Of a DNA stretch of 33,689 nt, positions 27,139 to 33,689 are shown one piece after another. The translations under genes and the position numbers were made by a program. The stretch is from a virus (Duplodnaviria; Caudoviricetes): positions 1 through 33,689 of IMG/VR virus record IMGVR_UViG_3300017774_006867; one strand, 5' to 3'. The stretch's first letter is position 1. Each line of letters starts with the position of its first letter. The notes under the pieces are model-generated. The model was not told where the DNA came from. It saw only the letters and a program-made list of their open reading frames with translations, and ran no database searches.

Positions 27139-28727
27139 TCACATCTAAGCAAAAGCAGATTGCTGAAATTGTCCGTTGCGGCAAGGATCCTTCGTACTTT
27201 TTTAACACCTATGTAAAGATCCAGCATCCTACGAGAGGAACCATACCTTTCAAGACCTATTCGTTCCAGGATGACTGCGTCCAGGACTTTATAGATCACA
27301 GGTTTACTATTGTTGTCAAGGGTAGGCAGCTTGGACTATCAACTCTAGTCGCAGCATACTCAGTCTGGATGGCGCTCTTTCACAAGGACAAGAACATCCT
27401 GATCATTGCAACAAAGCTAGGAGTTGCACAGAACTTTATCAAGAAGTCCAAGACCATCATTGTCAACCTCCCTGAGTGGATGGTCCTCTCTCCAATAGTG
27501 ACGAACAACCGTCAGCTTCTAGAGCTAGGAAATGGTTCTTCAATTAAGGCCATTCCAACTTCAGACGATGCAGGTCGTTCTGAAGCACTGTCGCTTCTGA
27601 TCGTTGACGAGGCAGCTTTCGTTAGAGACTTTGACACTCTGTGGACAGGTCTGTATCCTACACTGTCAACTGGTGGCCGAGCAATTATTCTTTCGACTCC
27701 GAACGGCGTTGGCGGACAGTACTACAAGCTTTTCACAGACGCTGAAGCGGGACTAAATGAGTTTAAGCCTATTCGACTGAACTGGGATGTCCACCCTGAG
27801 AGAGACCAGGTGTGGTTCGAGAAGGAAACGAGAAATCTAACTCAAAGAGAGATCGCACAGGAGTACCTCTGTGACTTTGCCGCCTCGGGAGAGACCTTTC
27901 TAGGAGATCAAGACATTGAGTGGCTTAGGAATCTTGTTCGCCCTCCTGTTGAAAAGCAGGGATTCGATAGAAATGTCTGGGTGTGGGAATATCCAAAGCC
28001 AGGTCACAACTATGTTATCAGCGCTGATGTCTCAAGAGGTGATGGAAAGGATTACTCTACGTTTCACATCTGTGATAGCACATCGGGAGAGGTTGTAGCA
28101 GAGTACAAAGGGAAAATCTCTCCTGACAAATTTGGCGACATGCTTGTTGAGTTTGGAACAAAGTATAACGAAGCACAATTGTGCCCAGAGAACAACAGCT
28201 TCGGATACTCAACAATGGTAAGAATTAAAGATCTCAATTACAAGAAGGTCTACAGCACGAAAGGGCGTGGAGCCTTTCTTGGTGGCTATGTTCCGGATCT
28301 TGAAGCCGATTCAATGGGTTTTAACACGAACTCCAAGACTCGACCTCTAATACTGAACAAGCTCGAAGAGACACTCAGGAACAAGAGATTAAAGATCTAC
28401 TCTTCAAGATTCTACGAAGAACTAAAGACCTTTGTGTGGAATGATAACAAAGTTCAAGCCATGAAAGGTGAAAACGACGACCTTGTAATGTCTCTTGCAA
28501 TTGGTTGCTGGCTATTTGATTCAGATTCTGACAATACTGATCAACGTGCGCTTGCCGCTGCCATGATCGGAGCAATGTCAAAGAAGTCCGCCACATTTGA
28601 CGGAGCTTCAACTCAGGTCATCGGCAACGACCACCAAAAGAAAGTTGCAAATAAGCGAGATCTTGTTTCTAATCACGGACAGAACGGTACATTTAATCGT
28701 GAGTACCTTTGGGTCCTCAGAGGCTAA
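27135..28727 (+). CDS. terL: Terminase large subunit (T4 gp17-like)
   Basis: YSFQ adenine-binding motif, Walker A KGRQLGLST, Walker B LLIVDEAAF, coupling motif STPNG, QEY, and nuclease motifs ADVSRGDGKDYS, ENN and NDDLVMS. Confidence 0.95.
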   Translation: MITSKQKQIAEIVRCGKDPSYFFNTYVKIQHPTRGTIPFKTYSFQDDCVQDFIDHRFTIVVKGRQLGLSTLVAAYSVWMALFHKDKNILIIATKLGVAQNFIKKSKTIIVNLPEWMVLSPIVTNNRQLLELGNGSSIKAIPTSDDAGRSEALSLLIVDEAAFVRDFDTLWTGLYPTLSTGGRAIILSTPNGVGGQYYKLFTDAEAGLNEFKPIRLNWDVHPERDQVWFEKETRNLTQREIAQEYLCDFAASGETFLGDQDIEWLRNLVRPPVEKQGFDRNVWVWEYPKPGHNYVISADVSRGDGKDYSTFHICDSTSGEVVAEYKGKISPDKFGDMLVEFGTKYNEAQLCPENNSFGYSTMVRIKDLNYKKVYSTKGRGAFLGGYVPDLEADSMGFNTNSKTRPLILNKLEETLRNKRLKIYSSRFYEELKTFVWNDNKVQAMKGENDDLVMSLAIGCWLFDSDSDNTDQRALAAAMIGAMSKKSATFDGASTQVIGNDHQKKVANKRDLVSNHGQNGTFNREYLWVLRG

Positions 28728-28730
28728 AAA

Positions 28731-30647
28731 ATGGCAAATCAAGATGAAAATCTCTTTGGCAGACTTACGAAGCTATTTCGTAGCGGTCCCGTAATAAAGA
28801 GAAGAGTTAAAGAATACGTTCCATCTCAGAAAAACTTATCTGCTTTCGAGACCTTTAGAAAGACTCAAAGTCAGGTGTACTCCACAGCTATGAGTGCTTA
28901 TGGCACTTACGATAGGCTGGCAAGATATTCTGACTTTCAAGAGATGGAATACACACCTGAGATCGCTTCAGCGCTCGACATCTACGCTGAGGAGACAGTA
29001 TCTCCGGACGACAAAGGAAACTGTGTTCACATCTACTCAGACAATCCCGTTATTAGAAAACTCCTGCAGGAGCTGTTCTATGACACCTTGAATGTTAACT
29101 TCAACTTAACTTCATGGGTCAGAAACATGTGCAAATACGGAGATTTCTTTCTGTTTAACGATGTCTCTCCTGAGCAGGGCGTCATCAACGTCTACCCGAT
29201 GCCTGTGAACGAAGTTGAAAGAGAGGAAGGATTTGACAAAGACGACCCGCTTGCTGTTAGATACAGATGGACAACTCAGGGAAACCAGGTCCTTGAGAAC
29301 TGGCAGGTTTCACACTTTAGAATTCTTGGAAATGATGCATTTCTTCCATACGGATCTTCAGTTCTTGAAGCTGCAAGAAGAGTATGGCGTCAGCTAATTC
29401 TTGTTGAAGATGCGATGCTGGTGTACAGAATCGTTAGAGCACCAGATAGACGTGTCTTCTACATTGACGTAGGTAATGTACCTCCTGATGAGATTGCAAA
29501 CTACATGGAGCAAGCTCAGTCACAGCTCAAGAAGAACCAGGTCGTAGATAGGACAACAGGAAGAGTCGATCTTAGATACAACCCGCTTTCTGTTGACGAA
29601 GACTACTTTATCCCCATCAGGGGCGCGCAGACAGGAACAAAGATTGACAACCTAACAGGCGGTCAGAATGCTGCTGCGATTGAAGATGTTACCTACATTC
29701 AGAAAAAGCTGTTCGCTGCTCTCAAGATTCCTAAAGCATTCCTCGGATACGACGAAGGACTCGGAGCAAAGGCGACACTGTCACAAGAAGATATACGCTT
29801 TTCAAGAACGATCGCAAGGGTACAGAGAACAGTCATCTCTGAACTGAACAAGGTCGCCATCATCCATTTGCACTGCAACGGGTTTGAAGGAGAGGATCTT
29901 CTTGACTTCGATCTTAAGCTTACAAATCCTTCTTCCATTGCACAGCAGCAGAAGCTTGAATTATTCACAACTAGATTTACAATAGCAAGCTCAGCTCTTC
30001 AGGTTCCCGGATTCGTAGACAGAAGATGGGTTAGAAAAAATATCTTTGCAATGCAAGACGAAGAGATCGAGGCTATTGAGAAGGGTCTCATTAGAGACAA
30101 GCTAACAGATCTAAAAGTTGAATCTGTTAAGCTTCCTGAGGGTGATTCTTCAGATCTATCTGGTGCTCCCGCTTCTGCAGGTGCAGAAGGTGGATCGCTT
30201 TCTGAGAAAGATCGAAACAAGAAAGACTCAATCGATGACGAGATAGACCTTTCAGGTCTTTCAATAAACGATGAATACGCACCCATCAGAGCGCAGAACA
30301 TAGTTGACAGATTTGCTCCCAAGGTCATCACTGAGAAGACAGAGATGGGACCTGATTTTGCGAAGAGAGAGCTCCGTAATAAGAAGCGCAGAAGAATTGA
30401 TACAGGAATGTCTGACCATGGTCGAATGACTTCTCACGATAGAAAGAACCAGTCAGACAGTATTACTCATCCTTTTGGTTCAAAGAAAGACATCATTAAT
30501 CCTATGAAAGACGCTCACAAGGATCTTATGAAGTTTGAAACAGAGGATCACTCAGAGACCAGCATGGTTGAGATAGATAGCATTGTCAGATCTTTGCGCT
30601 CTAGTTTTAACAAATCTCCAAGCACAAAAAGCGAGGAGGAGACCTAA
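28731..30647 (+). CDS. Portal protein (T4 gp20-like) with a long charged C-terminal tail
   Basis: PEIASALDIY, EDAMLVYRIVRAPDRRVFYIDVGN, EDYFIPIRG, IEDVTYIQKKLFAALKIP and DIRFSRTI-x-RVQ are gp20-family motifs. Follows terL. Confidence 0.95.
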   Translation: MANQDENLFGRLTKLFRSGPVIKRRVKEYVPSQKNLSAFETFRKTQSQVYSTAMSAYGTYDRLARYSDFQEMEYTPEIASALDIYAEETVSPDDKGNCVHIYSDNPVIRKLLQELFYDTLNVNFNLTSWVRNMCKYGDFFLFNDVSPEQGVINVYPMPVNEVEREEGFDKDDPLAVRYRWTTQGNQVLENWQVSHFRILGNDAFLPYGSSVLEAARRVWRQLILVEDAMLVYRIVRAPDRRVFYIDVGNVPPDEIANYMEQAQSQLKKNQVVDRTTGRVDLRYNPLSVDEDYFIPIRGAQTGTKIDNLTGGQNAAAIEDVTYIQKKLFAALKIPKAFLGYDEGLGAKATLSQEDIRFSRTIARVQRTVISELNKVAIIHLHCNGFEGEDLLDFDLKLTNPSSIAQQQKLELFTTRFTIASSALQVPGFVDRRWVRKNIFAMQDEEIEAIEKGLIRDKLTDLKVESVKLPEGDSSDLSGAPASAGAEGGSLSEKDRNKKDSIDDEIDLSGLSINDEYAPIRAQNIVDRFAPKVITEKTEMGPDFAKRELRNKKRRRIDTGMSDHGRMTSHDRKNQSDSITHPFGSKKDIINPMKDAHKDLMKFETEDHSETSMVEIDSIVRSLRSSFNKSPSTKSEEET

Positions 30648-31495
30648 TGAACAGCTTTGCACATAACAAAAAGAGAAACATTGGAATCGTCTACGAGCTC
30701 CTTCTGAGGGCAGTCTCTGCTGCGCTCGTTGAAGGTGACAAGAAGAGAGCAGAGAAAGCTCTTTCAATACTTGAGACCCACTTCAAGAGAGACTCTGAGA
30801 TCTTCAAAGAGTTTAGAGTCTTCAAGGCTGTAACACAGTCTTCCTTGAAGGATGTTTCTCACGCTTCTTCGATCATCTCAGAATCAAGAGCAGCCATTCG
30901 TAGAATAGATCACAAGAAATCAGAAAGAGAGAAGTCTCTTCTCATAAGAGACATAAATCACAATCTTTCAGATCCTGACTTCTACAACAGAAGGATACCA
31001 AACTACAGGGCGCTCGCTCTGGTTCAGACTGTCATGGCTGAGTGGAAACAGGTAGACGGATCTGATCTTTCTAGAATGATCTCTCTAGAGTCGCAGGTTA
31101 TTGACTATCTTACAGAGTCAAAATCTCAGATGAAAGACGTTGAAGTCAAAGCAGGAGACAACGTAGACTCGCTAGTCGTCAAGATAATGAACGAGAAGTT
31201 CAATAGAAGGTGGGGAGACAGGCTATCTCCGGCTCAAAGAGAGCTACTCAATAGCTACATCACAATGACTGATGGAAGTCGAGAGAGCTTTGTTAGAAAC
31301 GCACGAGCAATCAAAGAGGCAGCCATTAAATCAATAGATCTTGCGTGCCAGAAGACAGACAATGTAATACTGAAGGAAGGCTCAAGTAGAGTTAGAAATC
31401 AAATTGAGTCTCTAAACGTAGAAGAGGTCAATGACGACCTTGCTATGCGACTTTTGACATTGACTTCACTCGTGCAGGAGGTTTCTTCGATATGA
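30647..31495 (+). CDS. Hypothetical helical protein between portal and protease (probable head assembly protein)
   Basis: 282 aa, starts with HNKKRNIGIVYELL. TAATG coupling and a GAGGAGG SD. Function inferred from position only. Confidence 0.65.
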   Translation: MNSFAHNKKRNIGIVYELLLRAVSAALVEGDKKRAEKALSILETHFKRDSEIFKEFRVFKAVTQSSLKDVSHASSIISESRAAIRRIDHKKSEREKSLLIRDINHNLSDPDFYNRRIPNYRALALVQTVMAEWKQVDGSDLSRMISLESQVIDYLTESKSQMKDVEVKAGDNVDSLVVKIMNEKFNRRWGDRLSPAQRELLNSYITMTDGSRESFVRNARAIKEAAIKSIDLACQKTDNVILKEGSSRVRNQIESLNVEEVNDDLAMRLLTLTSLVQEVSSI

Positions 31496-32100
31496 GCACA
31501 GAACAAGTTCTTTTAACTGAGTGGTTCCCACTCAGCATTAACCCAGGAATGATCAAGGAGCAAAGCAACAGAGAGGGCGGAAAGGTTACTCTCAGAGGCG
31601 TCCTCCAGCGTGCCGAAACGATCAATCAGAACGGCCGAATCTATCCTCTTCCAATTCTCTCAAGAGAGATCATCAACTACCAGAAGTTCATTCGTGAGAA
31701 TCGTGCGCTTGGTGAGTGCGATCATCCTGATACAGCAGTTGTTGAGCTTAAGAACGTATCTCACATTGTTCGTGATGCCCGGATGGAAGGAGACGTTTGT
31801 GTCGGTACGGTCGAACTTCTTAATACTCCGAGCGGAAAGATACTGCAGTCTCTAATTGAGAGCGGAGTCACACTTGGAATCTCTTCTAGAGGCGTTGGTT
31901 CAACACGTAAGCAAGGTGACGCTTTGATCGTGCAGGAAGATTTTCAGCTTATCTGCTTCGACATAGTCTCAGAACCTTCGACTCCTGGAGCTTTCATGAT
32001 GAATGAGGGAAGAGTCGTCAAGCCCGCAGACATAAACAGAGCATTTGATTCTTCTGACCGTATCAATAGGCTCTTCAACGATATTATCTCTTGGAGGTAA
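31492..32100 (+). CDS. Prohead core protease (T4 gp21-like)
   Basis: GVLQRAETINQNGRIYP, ALGECDHP, VSH (catalytic His region), GISSRGVGS (catalytic Ser) and DIVSEPS. AGGAGG SD. Confidence 0.93.
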   Translation: MSTEQVLLTEWFPLSINPGMIKEQSNREGGKVTLRGVLQRAETINQNGRIYPLPILSREIINYQKFIRENRALGECDHPDTAVVELKNVSHIVRDARMEGDVCVGTVELLNTPSGKILQSLIESGVTLGISSRGVGSTRKQGDALIVQEDFQLICFDIVSEPSTPGAFMMNEGRVVKPADINRAFDSSDRINRLFNDIISWR

Positions 32101-32101
32101 T

Positions 32102-32572
32102 ATGCGGCTTTCAAAAGAAGATCTAAAGACTCTGATCAAGGAATGCCTTGTCGAGATATTGACTGAGCAGCCTGTCAACGAGTCCAAGTCTCGTCAGACA
32201 GTCTCTCAGCCGCAGGCTAGACAGCAGGCGTTTGTAGATCCCGGACTTCAGCGCCGACGAGCACACCTAGAGTCCATCCAGGTCGGACAGAAGGCTCAAC
32301 CTGCCGCGCCAGCTCGCGCCAGAGTCACTCAAAACGAGATCAAGAATATAACTAGCGACCCGATTCTTCAGAGCATCTTCGCTGATACAGCAATGAGATT
32401 GACAGAGGCTCCTGAGCCGACAAACAACGGTAGGGTCACACATGAGCAAGCAATAATGACTGCAGGAGATACTGCATCTAAGGCCATGCTCAATGCAGAT
32501 CCCCTAGATATCTTTGATAGCGCATCAAAATGGGCTGATCTAGCATTTTCTGAGCCTATTCGTAGAGTTTAA
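32102..32572 (+). CDS. Putative head core/internal protein (start revised from 32045)
   Basis: GGAGG then ATG at 32102, 1 nt after the protease stop. Begins MRLSKEDLKTLIKECLVEILTE, then low-complexity sequence. Confidence 0.65.
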   Translation: MRLSKEDLKTLIKECLVEILTEQPVNESKSRQTVSQPQARQQAFVDPGLQRRRAHLESIQVGQKAQPAAPARARVTQNEIKNITSDPILQSIFADTAMRLTEAPEPTNNGRVTHEQAIMTAGDTASKAMLNADPLDIFDSASKWADLAFSEPIRRV

Positions 32573-32583
32573 CTGTAGCATTA

Positions 32584-32607
32584 TATTTAAGAAAAGGAGT
32601 CTAAATA
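32584..32607 (+). promoter_or_regulatory. Candidate late-promoter element TATTTA plus SD AGGAG (also CTAAATA)
   Basis: In a 37-nt AT-rich spacer: TATTTA 32584-32589, AGGAG 32595-32599, CTAAATA 32601-32607, ATG 32610. Confidence 0.4.
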
Positions 32608-32609
32608 AC

Positions 32610-32930
32610 ATGGCAAAGAAACTTACACCTGAGTTGCTTCGTAGGATCGTTCTTGAGGAGAAAGCCAAGATCGAGGCCAAGCACGGTCTTGCTTCTAAGG
32701 AGTCCAAGAAGGCAATGAGAGAGATGGACCTCGCAGCAGAAGAAGTCGACGAGGACTTCGCTGGTCCACAGCCTACGAAGGGCATGAAGCCCGCCACCGG
32801 CGACGGCTACGGGAATGTAACTGGGTACGAGAAGATGTCAGAGAAGAAGAAGCTCGACGAGAGCGAGCAGCTGCTTCTCCGCCGCCTGCGCATCATTCGT
32901 GAGCGCAAGGCTTCTCTAAACCGTAGATAA
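32610..32930 (+). CDS. Small highly charged putative head core/internal protein
   Basis: AGGAG SD. MAKKLTPELLRRIVLEE N-terminus; Glu/Lys/Arg-rich. Confidence 0.7.
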   Translation: MAKKLTPELLRRIVLEEKAKIEAKHGLASKESKKAMREMDLAAEEVDEDFAGPQPTKGMKPATGDGYGNVTGYEKMSEKKKLDESEQLLLRRLRIIRERKASLNRR

Positions 32931-32947
32931 TATAAAAAGGAGTAAAA

Positions 32948-33466
32948 ATGGCTGCAATCACACATAGAGTCGCTACTGTAAAGCCCTGGGGAGGCCCAAG
33001 GTTTGGCGGCCTTGGTGCGAGAAATGACTCCAATCTGCAAGCCATTTTCTCTAGCTCTCCGTTGTTCAACGAGTACAACGAAGAGACCGTTTTGAACGCC
33101 GGGACCGCAGCCTTCAACGGCGCAGGAGGTCCCGGCGATTCAATACCAAACATCGGAGTCACGGCTGGCGTTGTTGTTGATGACGGAACTTTTGGTTCTG
33201 TCAATCTTAACTTTGTTGATTCTCCAAATCCCGCTGATGTCCTCACCGGCGGCGGCGGATTGCCTGCATCTTCCTACGTTCCAAATTTGAATTCTGCAAA
33301 AGTTGGCAGCATATCTCCTGCAGATCAAGATCCTTACATTGGAGCGCTTCCTGTTGCGAACAACGAATATGGAAGAGGACCTGGTACCGGACTTACGCCT
33401 GATGCGTCAGCAAGAGCCATATCTTCTCAAAAGATAGGAAGCCTCATTAAAGGCACTTCTTCGTAA
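32948..33466 (+). CDS. Gly/Pro/Asn-rich hypothetical protein, possibly capsid-associated
   Basis: AGGAG at 32938-32942. 172 aa in the head block; no recognisable domain. Confidence 0.65.
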   Translation: MAAITHRVATVKPWGGPRFGGLGARNDSNLQAIFSSSPLFNEYNEETVLNAGTAAFNGAGGPGDSIPNIGVTAGVVVDDGTFGSVNLNFVDSPNPADVLTGGGGLPASSYVPNLNSAKVGSISPADQDPYIGALPVANNEYGRGPGTGLTPDASARAISSQKIGSLIKGTSS

Positions 33467-33689
33467 TGATTGACAGAAGATCGTTCGGTGCAGCTCACGA
33501 TAGACGCACCGATGCGGGATACGGCAGGACTTCTCTACGCAATGACAATCCTCGTCCTTACGACAATATGTTTCCCTATACGACGCCTCCGAGGTTTGTC
33601 GAGGATGATGATGAGCAGGAAGACTATGATGTCGCTTCTCACATCCAGGCGAAGATAGACGGACCTGCCAGATCTCACCATATGCTCCG
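33466..33689 (+). CDS. 3'-truncated hypothetical protein
   Basis: Not in the ORF track. ATG 33466 overlaps the previous TAA (TAATG) and the frame is open to the window end: MIDRRSFGAAHDRRTDAGYGRTSLRNDNPRPYDNMFPYTTPPRFVEDDDEQEDYDV... Confidence 0.65.
   Translation, partial: MIDRRSFGAAHDRRTDAGYGRTSLRNDNPRPYDNMFPYTTPPRFVEDDDEQEDYDVASHIQAKIDGPARSHHML

Noticed and set aside
27135-30647. Inteins or introns in the terminase or portal
   Set aside because: Motifs are contiguous, terminase length is normal, and no splice or homing-endonuclease motifs were seen.
32045-32101. Longer TTG-started N-terminus for 32045..32572
   Set aside because: It overlaps the protease; ATG 32102 has a GGAGG SD at suitable spacing.
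1095-33328. Numerous 60-150 aa minus-strand and off-frame plus-strand ORFs in the track (e.g. 17989..18432, 12912..13259, 32893..33246)
   Set aside because: All lie largely within or antisense to long, well-supported + strand genes and show no motifs, so they are treated as shadow ORFs.
33470-33658. 62-aa ORF from the track
   Set aside because: The alternative frame from ATG 33466 is TAATG-coupled to the previous gene, reads like its neighbours and runs off the window end.
1-33689. Stop-codon reassignment as seen in some large phages
   Set aside because: Genes tile the window under the standard code, and TAA, TAG (9980, 13025, 19853) and TGA all end genes directly before new starts.
1-33689. 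tRNA, ncRNA, CRISPR arrays, intrinsic terminators or long DNA repeats
   Set aside because: No spacer exceeds about 37 nt, and no periodic repeat or hairpin plus U-tract was seen by eye. Elements embedded in coding sequence cannot be excluded without computation.

Overview
A 33.7-kb segment of a large tailed dsDNA phage, probably a contractile-tailed myovirus with T4-superfamily-like head genes. All credible genes are on the + strand, use the standard genetic code and are packed almost without gaps (longest spacer about 37 nt). Order: (1) a ~22-kb baseplate/tail block with a gp25-like fragment, a gp6/gpJ-like wedge, a DNRLRE-like protein, a gpI-like wedge with two LamG domains, Fn3-like and uncharacterised Ser-rich proteins, and four proteins carrying apparent halves of a tail-collar-fibre domain; (2) a DNA-processing block with a RuvC-like resolvase, a Zn-finger/TOPRIM primase, a single-chain Mre11(SbcD)-Rad50(SbcC) fusion and a small four-Cys protein; (3) a packaging/head block with the large terminase, gp20-like portal, gp21-like prohead protease and small putative core proteins. 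No major capsid, sheath, tRNA, CRISPR array or mobile element was recognised. Main leads: a recurrent [S/T]-[G/A]-S motif confined to some baseplate proteins (possible modification sequon), a tail-fibre anchoring domain apparently split across genes twice, the Mre11-Rad50 fusion lacking the CxxC hook next to a CPVC miniprotein, a shared N-terminal signal on small head proteins, TANTTA promoter-like motifs, and GATC/AGCT enrichment. All assignments come from reading motifs by eye; no database search was run and counts are manual.
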